From positions 65,157,866 to 65,221,865 of the forward strand of contig NC_057719.1 in assembly GCF_004010195.1 (NCBI RefSeq): 64,000 bases of DNA, written 5' to 3'. Under the pieces are notes generated by a model. That model made no database searches. It saw only the letters and a program-made list of their open reading frames with translations, and was not told where the DNA came from. Each line of letters begins with the position of its first letter. The first letter of the stretch is position 1. Source of the DNA: Chiloscyllium plagiosum (taxonomy: Eukaryota). This document shows positions 24,820 through 37,221 of the stretch, in pieces. Both the position numbers and the translations under genes were made by a program.

Positions 24820-25390
24820 TGCCTTGCTGCAGTTGGAAGAACCTTGATGAGAACACATCTGGAGAATTGTGTACAGCTTTGGTCTCCTTATCTGAGGAAG
24901 GATGTTCTTGCTTTGGAGGGAGTGCAACAAAGATTTCCCACACTGATTTCCGGGATTGCAGGACTAATATTTGAGATACTGTATCAGTTAGAACTATGTT
25001 CACTGGAGTTTAGAAGAATGAAGGAGTTCTCACAGAAACTTTTAAATTTCTAATAGGACTAGATAGAGCAAATGCAGGAAGGATGCTCTCAATGACTGTG
25101 GAATCCAGAACAAGGAGTCACAGTCTAATGATGCAGGGTCGTCCATTTAGGACTGAAATCAGGAAAAAAAATGTTCTCACACAGTGGTGATTCGATGAAA
25201 TTCTCTGCTACTGAAAACATTTGAGGCAAAAACATTGTAAGTTTTCAAGAAGAAATTAAATATAGTCCTTTAGGCTAAAGGGATCAGAAGGTATGGAAAG
25301 AAAGTAGGAGCAGGCTATTGAGTTGGAGCATGGTGGAGCATGCTGAAAAGGCTAAGTAGTCTCCTGCTGCTTAAAATTTTCCATGTTTTT
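24820..25390 (+). mobile_element. CR1-clade LINE 3' fragment
   Basis: RTHLENCVQLWSPYLRKDVLALEGVQQRF. Confidence 0.8.
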
Positions 25391-26579
25391 AGGACCATAA
25401 TTTCAACTATAGGTAACAGAGAAAGAAATTCAATATAACAAAGACTCTACAGTCTTGAAATGGTTGGATTTCCGAAAGTTCATGGTTTGATTGTATGCTT
25501 AATGAAAAATGTATGCTTGTACACTAATGACCCACAAAGACTTTTTATTTTGTTTACTACCGTTCAAAAGACATAGGTTTGGTTTGAGGAATATTTGATA
25601 CATAACTGATTTATATGTCCTCTCTCTAGCACCGAGAGAGCATTAAAACTCTCAGTGCTTTTACCAAACACAGAATTTCATATATAACAGGAATGCTGTG
25701 ATTATAAGAATAGACCAGTATTCATCTTCCAATAAAGTTCATTGCCAGGATTATGACTGTGTATCGTATACACCACCATTTCACCTTTCAGTGAGGTACT
25801 CACTCAGTGTAGTTGAAGATAGAGCAAGACATTGCTGAGAAACTTGAGGATGTGACACCAGAAGAACACTTATCAGTCACAAAAGCCTTGTGGTAGATAC
25901 TTGTGAAGAGTGCCTGTTGCTTAATAAATCCTGTTCCACACCCTACACCCCCATCACTGCCAGTATTGAGATTTGTATGACCATTCTATTCCTCTGAACA
26001 GTTCACATCTTTCTCACAACCGTAGAAATCAGCATGTGCTCCTAGCTCTAGTGTCGCCATATTTTCTTACCTTTGATCTAGCTGCTTCTCATCTTGAATA
26101 TTTGTGTTTTACTTCATGCTTCTTGAAACATCCCCTTGACGCTGGATTTTGCAGGTTGACTGGCCGTTGTTCCTGATCCATTAGAGTAAACCATTGCAGG
26201 TGAGAAATTGACGTTGAATTTCAAAAATATTCCTTCACCATGACTTGTGCTGAAAGCATGTAAAGATGTAAGTGGAATACATGATAGGACGTATAAAAAG
26301 ACCTTGTGAGTATTTTATTCAATATGAGGGCAGCTATTCCACTACCTTGAAATTGGAGAACTCGCATTATCTTTGCACAGGATGGGGTGAAACAGATTGA
26401 GGTCCATTTGTGCCAAGTTGGCTGTCCATCAAGCTGCCCTGGACTTTCTAAGGTTTTCCCACAAACCTTTGCTGCTGTTTCTTTAATGAGTATTAACAAA
26501 TAACAAGGGAAGAGCACCTCAGATAGTAACAACCTTGCATCATTTTAATAGATGACTACAGGTTAGAGAGACTGTGAAA

Positions 26580-27369
26580 TGTGATGAATATGCATAATAG
26601 GTATTACGCTTTTGCGGAGTGGCTTTTAAATAGAGGCTAGTTTTGGTCAGTTTTATGAAGATAAATTTCTGTTTTGAAACCAGTCATAAAGTAACTTGGA
26701 CAGTTACCAAAATATATCACTTCTAAGATGGCACGTGCCTTCACTCAATTGCGTGGCAGAACCCCAGTGGATTTAGCGGATTAAATCTTTATGCTGATGA
26801 GTTTATGCGATTGAGTAAATACATTAAAGCAGTTAGCTTAGTCTTGACTTCAGGATCAAAGTTTCAAGTTCACAGTGCATAAGAGCTCAGTTTAGTTCAG
26901 AAGATAATCATTTTTCCAAGTTTGTCAGTTCAAGGGAACCAGTCATCTCAGTGTAAGTGGTTTCCAGTCTGTTGAGCTTCCACACTGGGAAAGCTAGTAT
27001 TAGAGTTATTAGAGCTGAAAACATTCGGGCTGTTGGAAGTGTAAATGTTTCATGTCTGGGGACTCGGAAAGGAATCATAAAAATTTTCTCTGCAGTCAGA
27101 AAAAAAAGAAACCAAGAAGTTCAGTTAAGTAAAGATTTAGAAAAGTTGAGATAAGAGTAATATTTGTGTTAAGATCTTTCTACTCTTCCACATATTTCTG
27201 TAATAAACTTATGCTCTGTTGTTAAAGGATATTATTAGCCCCATATGCAAATGTTTCAGTGATCAACCACCACTTTAACCAACTGCAAAAATTAACCAAA
27301 TGATCTATCAATCAAGTTTCATTCTGAAATCTGATTTGTTTGGAATTACCATCAACAGGAATCTTAGCA
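26580..27369 (+). mobile_element. Putative degraded solo LTR (Gypsy-like)
   Basis: Begins TGTGATG, has AATAAA near 27202 and ends ...atcttagCA; no TSD found. Confidence 0.4.
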
Positions 27370-28602
27370 CAAGGGTCTCATGCAGTAAGTATCTTCCCAA
27401 TGATGTTATTGCTGAAGTTGAATTAGATTTTGCATGTATACTAAAATTCCATGACAGACATGGTTTAAATGAAGGTGAGGGCAGAGGAGCCAAAATTACA
27501 ACATCCTCAATCATTTATGTACCTTGTGTATCCTTCTATATATCTAAGAAAGGCACTGCAGCACAAATGTGTGTGTGTGTGTTAAATGCAATGGCTTTTC
27601 ATTAAACAAATGAAAAAGAAAAATGACCATATACGTTATTACTTAAATATCAAAGAATTTTACCATAGCTTAATTTTCTGCACATGTATACATGCATAAG
27701 GATCTTCTGAATTTGTGTTCTGTGCATTTAATATGTAATTTTTTTTTCATTATATTTGTAAACAAATGCTTAGCTTGGTTCATTAGAAAACTGATGGTCA
27801 GGTTATTTGTTTTTGTTGGAGGTTTTATTTCAGCCTGTTAAGTAAGCCTGATTTTATGTTAGTATGTGGGATCAGTGTCCTTTTCATAAATTCTCTTCAA
27901 GTGTATCAATGTGTGCTATCAATCAAATTTATAATTCACCAAAGATTTTTGTGGTTTTCTTTGATGTAATAAGTGGGTGTATACATTTAGTGCGAAAACA
28001 GTAATAATGTATTGGTTTGCTTATAAGAATTGTGATCTTTTAAGTATGATTTTCCATTGTTAAAGGAACAAACCACAAAGATTTTTCTATCTCTGACCTT
28101 CAAAGCTTCAGAGCAAGAATGAACCATTAAACATTCGGTGCTCCCTTATCGTACATTGAGTGTATCAGTATAATAGTGAATAATTGATGGAGTTGCTTAA
28201 ATCATTTATTTGCTTTGGGTGAGCTTTGACATAATGGTTTACTCATCGTCTGGTTGTAATTTTGACTCAGGCATTTAAAAAACTGTTTGTCTTATTGAAC
28301 AATGAGTCAGATGAGTTGTATGCGATTGTAGGTTGATTTCATTTGGGCTTCAGTCTAGATTCTGAAACCTAAGTGTATTATAAACGCTTACACTTTCGAA
28401 ATAAGCCTGTGTGGCACATTTTAAGAAAAAAAAGTATATTTTACAGTAGAAAGGAAGACTTTATCTACAATAAATGAAAATAAACATTGAAAACTAAAAC
28501 TTAAGCACAACTTTTTCCAGTGCCAATTCTCTGGAGTGTTTTTGATATATTTCTTTTTACTCTCTAAATCATATCTTTGTCTTTATTTTTGAATCTATTC
28601 AG

Positions 28603-28753
28603 TTTTTGTTTCTTTGGTTGGGAAGATGACATAACAAAGGCTTTTGGCTGCTCACCTTTGATATTCAGAAGCTTGAATACTGCAAGGTGTTGTACGTCAC
28701 CAACTAAATTCCAATGTTCACCACTTTGCCCTTTCCAAAGCATTGCAGGCGAG
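28603..28753 (+). other. Candidate spliced exon, 151 nt (probably 5'-UTR-like)
   Basis: Long pyrimidine-rich tract ending ctattcag| and donor GAG|gtaagc in a repeat-free block; one open frame that I do not recognise. Confidence 0.4.
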
Positions 28754-28859
28754 GTAAGCAATTAACTCTCGAGGTGTGGGTGACAAGGCAAAGAACGAAA
28801 TGGAACCAGTACTGGACCTCACTACGTGGGGCTGAGGTCTCCCATTTTTAGTTAAACTG

Positions 28860-30420
28860 TTTTGTCGAGTGAGATTAATGGTGCTTGGTCTGCTTTGGCT
28901 CAGTGATTTTTATTTCCTCACATTATTCTCCTCTTTACCTCAATAATTCTACAACTGGGCTGTTCACCTCCTTTCTGAGGAATCACGTGGCAGGAGAAAC
29001 GAGAATGCTCACCACTGCCAGAACTTTGTGGCAGTCACACTGCTGGTGTCCACATGTACAGCTCAGCTGCATATCACCCCTTGTGCAGCAGATCTGGAAT
29101 TGTCCCTTGCACTGTTGCGCTCCATTATTAACATTCAGGAAATGACCCAAAGAGAAAAGCTCACTCCATTTCACAGATAGGGACTAGAAGGGGTGGTGGA
29201 AAATTACAATATTTCTTTTCCCCTGCTGGCCACCAAAGTAGACCACATCACCAGGCCGAACCAGCCTGCATCTGTGAACGACTTGGGTTAGTGCTGTGTC
29301 CTGGTTTAAAAGGAATGATCAGAAGTGCAGGGAGAAGGTCAGTTACCATTTATGCTTTGTAAGGATAAATGCCACCAACTTCTCAATATTATCTGAAACT
29401 CACAGGACCAACCCTCTCTTTCTAACGCTACCATGGTACATGCATCTATCCAAGACACATGTACTACAACTCACAAGTATTGTACATATCATGTTTACTC
29501 AAAGGGTCTCACCCACTTCATCCTCCCAACTACTGATCTTGCCTGAACTCTATGCATCCTCGGATCACCTTGCTCCCTGTCCTGCCATTCTATCATCTCT
29601 AACTTCTTTTCCATCCTCTCCCATTGTATTCAAAACCTCCCTTTGTCAGATGCAGGAGAAACTGGCCAACTCCAGGAAAAGCTGCTCCACTCCAGACTGA
29701 CATCTCCACACCATCCTGAATGTCATATTTATAATCCCACTTGACCTGCAGGACTGACTGGAGCCCACCCCCTGGACTCTGGTAGGACCAAGTACCTGAC
29801 TGACCCAGGCCAATGCCTTAGACTAGGATTGAATAAGCTCCTTGACTAAATGTGGCAGCACCTCCTGATTGAGTGTAGTTCCCCTTGACCCCAATAAGCA
29901 CTGCTTATTTTTGACATCGAGACATGGGCATTTGCTTGAAATCCAGACAGTATGTTTGCAGTATAATCTGCTGGTACATGTGAAAGACATTGATAGAGCA
30001 TGATGCCATACAGTGACATGTCCACCCTCTTGACTGTTCAGTGCTCTGGACAGTGACCAACAACTGGCCTCTCCCCCTAGGCTAGAAGACAACTGTAGAT
30101 TGCAGAGGTTGGTATCCTCCAAGCAAGCATAAAGCGAGTGAATGGTAAGAAATAACCTTAAGCACCATAAGATGCATCCTGTTTAGCTGCAGATGCATGT
30201 ATGTCCCTGCATGTAAAACAACCTCCCTGACCTCTGTGAACTCCTAAAAGGCTGACGTGGTGTCAGAGTTTGATCAAGAGCTGGTGTGATGATTAGTGAG
30301 GCTACTGGTTTGTCCAAGTCAACCTGCATGGACAAAGGGTGACCGAAGGTGTTTGGATAATGATTGTGACACCTAACTGGCTAGCTACCGCCATCAGGCA
30401 CCCACTCTGATTTACATTTA
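28860..30420 (+). mobile_element. Harbinger/PIF relic with Myb/SANT-like gene (ATG 29142; exon 2 from 29656)
   Basis: MTQREKLTP..TDRD (frameshifted)...VSAVSWFKRNDQKCREKVSYHL; acceptor tgcag|GAGAAACTGGCC (EKLA); outer limits approximate. Confidence 0.6.
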
Positions 30421-33400
30421 CACTACAAGAATTTATGCTGTCCAGTTTCTTGAGGAAGGAGGGAAAATTGGGAAATGGCATAGACATTATGCAAGTTGGG
30501 TTGATAATGAGATGCAATTACAAGAAATAAGATGGTCACTGCTCATTAGCAAGTTTCTAAAGTTTAAGAGAAAAATTGGAAATATTGGAACTCCAAGTTC
30601 TGATTTGTTTTTCAGTTTCACCACCATATTTTCTCATTACTTGTACCATTGGTTATACTGTTCCAGGGAAGGGAAATCCTTTCCTTTTGAGGTCTAGTCT
30701 TCTGATACTTCAGTGTTTGGACTATAATATTGTTAACCTTCCTTGATTAGGGAAATGTATTAAGTCGTATCCTAACCTATGGAAAAAAAATGATCGACAA
30801 CAATTGAGGCAATTCTATTAATAGTGACATCATTTTACAGTTGAAAGTTTCCAACAACAATTGGATAATACTTTCTTCTTCCATATTATATTTGCTAAAA
30901 CAACTGGTTTACAATGCTTTTTGTGTTAAATAGTGTTAGCACTGTACAAGTGGTACTTAGTTTTCCTTCATTTTCTAGCTGGAAAACAAATGCAACTTTA
31001 TTTAAAAGTCACTAGTCTTAAGTAGTTCCGTTCCTTGTACACATGTATTGGCTTTTATACAGTTCTTTACATTTTTATCAGGATTTGGTCATGTCTTTTG
31101 AAGCTACTTGCTACGCATGGAGGCTCAGCAAAATTGCATTTGATTGTACCTCATTGAAAAGTAACTCAAATACCTGTAACGTCTGGTTCAATTGAGTTAT
31201 CGCATTTGGGGAAATGTTTTACGGTGAAATAGATATTAAATTGGGACACTTGAGAAAAGGAGTTAATACAGATGACCGAGTTATTCCTTTAACGTGCCAA
31301 AAAGTATTTATAGTGAATTACTTAGAATAGGGGAAAAAAAACTAATTTGTTATTTATAATTAAGAACAAATCCTGTTGTGGTTCCAAATACTTACACAGT
31401 TCTGAATTCATGGGCAAAGGTAGGATTTCATTACCTGAAATGCTATTAATATCATAGAGGCAAAAATTTAAATCAAGGGTTGCTGGATACTTTGTTTAAA
31501 TTGTCCAAGGATTAACAGCCAATGGATTGATTGTGTCTGAAATATCCTCTTTAATGAGATGAATTAGATATCAACTGGATCAGGTTTTTTCAACTGCTGT
31601 ACATTGAACTTCATTGCTCTCTTTATAAGCTTCCAGTGATGAGCCCTGTTCATTAATAGCTGCATGTTCTATATGTGGCAAAGTCTAACTTCCCAGTATC
31701 ATGATTCAGCAATGTTATTATAGCAATTACACAGCAGAAGCAACACAGAAATGCAGTGGTTTAAAGTATCCCTTTTGATTTCTGTCTGCCACGTGACAAT
31801 CTGTGTATATGAAATTTTTTAAACAACGATGAAGATTTTCATGACTAAAGCAAAGAAAAAATGGGTGGAACAGATACAGTTCAAAACATGTCTGCTGTTC
31901 CTCGATGCAGGTGGACCCCACATTTTGCAATGGGACAATAAATAGATTTCTAGAAACCTAGTCACCATGGGTGGCTCTGAAACTGAGAAGGTTGTTATTG
32001 AACACAGTTAATATCAAACGACCCAGGGTTTGGCATGCTATTCCATTTTATAGAACTTGTCTGTGTTGCTGCAATTGAATGCCAGTTTAGGTTCTTAATG
32101 TGATTCTGTAAAACAATGTGGCTTTGTTTTTGAATTGGGTAAATTTTTTTTGAAACTGGATTAGGAACATTGGCTTGGTGTTTGATTTATTCGACTGTAT
32201 CCATGGCTGCGTCTTAGTTGGGGTTGAACTAACTGGTGTACATTCAGTGGTTGCACCAGTACAAATTGAACCACCACAAACCCATTGAACTCAAAGCCAA
32301 AATTGGGTCAAATACTCATCCTTTTTCAGGATGAATACTATCTATAAGTTTCATATTCCAATAATTCATAACTCCTACTGACAGATTGCAAACAAACCTC
32401 TCTTTTGATTCTCACCATCTGTCTGTAAGCAGATTGTGATTTGCTTTTTTTTGTTACAACAGATTTTGTATTTTTCCCAGTCCCACTGTTTGGGACTTTG
32501 TAAGGTCTGCAGCAACATTGTTGTAAAGTTAAACCAGAAGTAGGGTTTACTTTAAACAGTCTTAGACTTTGCAATTTACGGGCCTGCTTGCAAACATACA
32601 AGAGATGGAGAAAAAAAACAATTGCTCCATTAACAACAACTTGAATTAAAAACAACTGAGGGATATCAATTTGTCAATGTCCTTGATTTAAGCTGGAGTC
32701 CAAAACTGAAATTAACAATCCAGAACTCCTTGTGTGGTTGGTGGGCCATCGAGCAGTACTGGAGTAGTAAACTATTTCATTTGTTTAAAAATTTCCAATG
32801 GGGTCTTCTGAGGATGTTTTTTGTCTGTAATGTAACTTCTGCTTCATTGTTTTGGTGAACAAAAATCGATTCATTTCAGAGAGCACAATACAAGTGTTGA
32901 TTGCTTTTGTTAGTCCAAAGGCTTTTGCTTTGTAATTAACTGTCAGGGGTTAACTGATAAGAATTCTTGATCAGTACAAGTTTACAAAGGGCATAATATG
33001 AGAGGCTTGAAAAGAGAGCCTTCTAATTATTGGGCTGAAGTTTTATCCAAAAGTGCTTAAGTGTCAATTTTGGGGAGTTTATGGTAAGCTTCCCTCCAAG
33101 GGCTCTATTATGTTTTCTCATTCAATTGTATGCTGCTCATCTCATTAAGTATGCATCATGCCTCCATGGTATCTCACTTGTTCTGCCTTGTGTTCAGCAG
33201 CAGCAAATTGCTTGCCAGTGCCACAGCCTTATCATGTTCACATTGCAGGGAGTGTATTTAAACCCAGTCTGGGGTCTGATGTACCCACCCACATAGTGCA
33301 GTGTTCATAGTTTGGGGGAAATGAACATTAAGGCCACCAGAAGATTAATGACCTTCTCCATGAAAATTAAGCACAATCATCCTCGCTTTGCGACATGACA

Positions 33401-33563
33401 CTTACTCTAATTCTGGCATTGCACCAAGGTTCATCTCTACCCTCTCATTATTGCATGTAACATATTCCCTCCATTGCTGCTGTCACCTATTCCATCCCCA
33501 AACGATTAACTTTTCCTGCTCTCCGCACTTCCTATTCACTCAGTTATGACATCTCACCACTGT

Positions 33564-33835
33564 GGGTGGCATGGTGGCTCAGTGGTTAACACTGCAGTCT
33601 CACAGCGCCAGGGACCTGGTTTCAATTCCAGCCCCGTGTCTGCGTGGGTTTCCTCCAGGTGCTCTGGTATCCTCCTGCAATCTAAGGATGTGCAGGTTAG
33701 CTGAATTGGCCATGCTAAATTGCTCATCGTGTTGGGTTCGTTAGTCAAAGGAAAATAGATCTGGATGGGTTACTCTTTGGAGTGTCGTTGTTGGGCCGAA
33801 GGGCCTGTTTCCACACTGTTTGTAATTTAATCTTT
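33564..33835 (+). mobile_element. HE1-type V-SINE (internally deleted)
   Basis: gggtggcatggtggctcagtggtt head and gggccgaagggcctgtttcc tail. Confidence 0.85.
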
Positions 33836-33959
33836 CCTGAATGATGAAGGACCATTCCATGAATGACCATACTCCCCATTGAACATTCACTGTTGCCAAA
33901 CAATAGAGTCTGTCTGTTTTAAAAGGTAAGGCAAGCAATACAGAGGTGCTTTGAGCATT

Positions 33960-34290
33960 CAACTAAGTACAATGTGAGTGAGCACTAAGAAAGTATAGTA
34001 AGAACCCTGAGATAGCACAGCATTTAGAAATGAATGGTATGATCAAGCAGAGTCATGGCTTCATGAAAGGGCAATCTTGCCTGACAAATTTCCTAGAATT
34101 CTTTTGAGGAGGTAACAAGTAGGATAGATAAAGGGGAAGCAGTCATTGAAATATATTTTGATTTTCAGAAGGCATCTGGCAAGGTAACACACATCAGGCA
34201 ACTTATGATAAAAGCCCATGGTGTTGGAGAGAGTATATTAGCATGATTGATAACTAATAGAAGTTATCAGAGTTGGGATAGGAGGTGTTG
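33960..34290 (+). mobile_element. CR1 RT relic
   Basis: HGFMKGQSCLTNFLEF...YFDFQKA-type translation. Confidence 0.7.
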
Positions 34291-34379
34291 GTGAGCTCCA
34301 CACTTGGAATTCCTACAGTTTAGTTTCTCCCCATTGCCTGGGGAAATAGCAAATTGCATACAAATGAAATGAGAAAAGA

Positions 34380-34830
34380 TACTAAAGCGATGTTAATTAG
34401 ACCTCCCTCCATGTACATGGGACATAGAAGGAAGCCAAGATAATGAGAAAAAGAAAGAACAAAATCTTCTTACAATTCTGTTGAGAGGATAAGAAAAGAA
34501 GAAACCATGGGCAGCCCTTGCCAGCTGGTAAATAGAGGAAACGTGTCAAAGAACAATGGTCTGATTGACCATGGCATAGGCTTCAGATAGGTCAAGAAAG
34601 ATGAGGAAGGATAGTTTACCATGGCCACAGTGATGGAGAATCGTGTTTGTATCTTTCATAAACACCACCTCAAATGCTGAGACATGGCAGGGCAATTGAT
34701 AGGAGAAGTCCAAACAAGAAGTTGTAGGGAAATTGGGTGCAGACTCCTGAGATACTCAGTCATACTACAGGAGCAAACTGTATCTCAGGATGTTTCCAAA
34801 ACAAAGCCATTTGCTTCTGTTATGAGGAAA
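34380..34830 (-). mobile_element. L2-clade LINE RT relic
   Basis: Minus strand GKLSFLIFLDLSEAYAMVNQTIVL resembles the L2 motif LLDLSAAFDTVDH. Confidence 0.6.
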
Positions 34831-35836
34831 ATCACCAGTCTCAGAGTCAGAGTCAGGATTCAATGATAGAATTTATTGCACAAGGAAATAGCAGAGCTCC
34901 GGGAACAGAAAGACATCAATAGCACAGTGGTCAGCTGCGATTCTTCTCTCAATCTGGGGCACATGTCAAGATACGTTTATACATTTTGTGATACAACAGG
35001 ACAGTGATGAGATGATTGTCTTTGTAACATGGTTTGTTTATGATAATCATTGCAGAATCGTTGATAGATTCAGTGCAGTCATTGTCAGTTCCAGTGCAGC
35101 CTTTATTAATTGGTCGTTGTCAGTTTCAACACAGGCATTTTCAGTTTCAATGTCTGCACGGAAGTCCATTGCTGTAGTAATGGGTGCTAATCGCTCTTCC
35201 TGAGAAGGACGATTACTGCAGCCCTGGCTTTTAGCGCTCTGTATTGAGTCCGTATCAAGCTGTTAGCATTTCTATCAAAGGTGTTGGCTGGATCCAGACA
35301 CTTCGGAGGGCAGTGTACACTACTCATATGTATTCTCCCCCCCCCCACTCGTCTTAAACTAATCAACGAGGTTGTGTGTGCATTGTGCTGGCATTCTGGT
35401 GGACCCAGGCAGTGTCTGTATATGTTCTGCTGTCTCTCTCCACATTCTGGTCTGGTGGCCATCTTATGTGTCAAGTGACCAACTGACCCATGCCATGTCC
35501 CACTCACTTCCCTTTGCTTAATTGTGATATTGGGTTCCCAAACCCAACTAATATTAGTTCAGGGAGAAGATCACCAGTTACGTCATTTATTCCTCAACAG
35601 TGGTAGAAAGCAACAGATAACATGAACTGGAGGATAGATCAAGCATTTATGTCAAAGCTAATCCACCAACAGATCTGTGTTTTATTTTGTCTTCTGACCC
35701 ACATAAAAATGCCTAGTGAGCTGAGTACTAATCTTCAAAGCCTTACTTGATATAAATGTATAAGCTTAGTAAACTAATATATTAATATATGCAATAACTT
35801 TTCAACCACAGAATTTGACAGTTGCGCTTTAGTTTT

Positions 35837-36140
35837 AGAATTAGAATCCCTACAGTGTGGAAACATGCCCTTTGGTCCAACAAGTCCACACTGACCCTCC
35901 AAAAAATAACCCACCCAGACCCATTCCCCTACATTTGCCCCTGACATACAATTGCCTATTAGCAATTCAGCATGGCCAATTGACCTAACCTGCACATCTT
36001 TGGACTGTGGGAGGAAACCCACACAGACACAGGGAGAATGTGCAAACTCCATACAGACAATCATCCAATGCTGAAATTGAGCCCGGGTCCCTGGCACTGT
36101 GAGGAAGCCGTCCTAGCCACTAAGCCACTGCGCCACCCCA
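35837..36140 (-). mobile_element. HE1-type V-SINE
   Basis: Minus-strand tRNA-like head, V-domain and tail. Confidence 0.85.
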
Positions 36141-37221
36141 TTTTGGTGATAGTAATCTTGATGATTCCTATTTTCCTCGATAAACAGAAAAAGGAACTGG
36201 ATGTTTTTCTCATGCAAACATTACCTTGGTGTTTTCATTTTATTCTGAGCTTTATTCAAGTTTGACATGTTTGGCCATGGCTTAGCTGAGTACATTGAAT
36301 CTTTTGTCATTGAAACCATAGTGTTGGCCATCAGATGATTCTGCAGTGAGATTAGAATTGCTTCCTTTCTGGTACATGGGTCTGCTGCATATTTTGTGAT
36401 TTTAATGCATGAGTGTTTGTGTGTGTTTGCTTTTCATTTTTGGAACAATACAAGTGAAATGTTTTTGAACTATCTTATGTGGAAAACAGGTGTGTCTCAA
36501 GAATGATGAAGTGATCAAGTGATGAAAGTGAAATGTGAGGTAATGCAATATTTATATATTGATGCTTGGGCTGAACAATGTCTAACGTTATGCACAATAT
36601 TCAAAATTTTTGAAAAGAAATTAATAAATGATGCAGCTTTCCAGATTACAGTCAATGTCGAGTTAGGATTAAAACTTCGGTAATTGCAAGGACAAAAAAC
36701 TAACCAGATAAATTTGCTGCAGTGTATGTGAGTTGTGGTTCACTTTGAAGCTGATGGTAAGTCCTGGTTAAGATTTATTTATTTAAAGTTTGCAATGCAT
36801 TAGACAAATGGTAACTCTCTTGAGAAAGTTAAAATTCCTAGAACCACATGCCTGCACATCGTTTAGGGAAATTTTTTGGGAGGTTAGGAATTGCAAAATT
36901 TGGAGTATTGAGTGGATGAGAGCTTTTAATCATGGTGTATTGATGCCATAGTTAACTGTTCCTGAGGTGCTGACTAATTCCAGTGAGCTGGACATTTTGG
37001 GCACATACAAAGACGATGTGGATAATAATTTTGTCAGCAGTGAGACAAGTTGTAGAGCATTGATGATATAGTGAACTCTGCTGGACAAGTCAAATGCATT
37101 AATGGCATTCTTCTAGTGAGTTTTCTTTACTCCTCACACATATTACCTGTCCATTTTGCGCAGTTAGCAAAATCAGTAAAGAGACATCAATTTTGGGCAT
37201 TCAATAGAAGCAGTTAAGCAA

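Noticed and set aside
25628..25659. Small 11-bp imperfect inverted repeat
   Set aside because: Short and low-complexity, plausibly chance.
19019..28753. Naming the host gene from the candidate exons
   Set aside because: No coding exon lies in the window, and any resemblance to known 5' UTRs cannot be verified without a search.
35295..35465. CTCF- or YY1-like motifs
   Set aside because: Only partial matches, expected by chance without a matrix scan.
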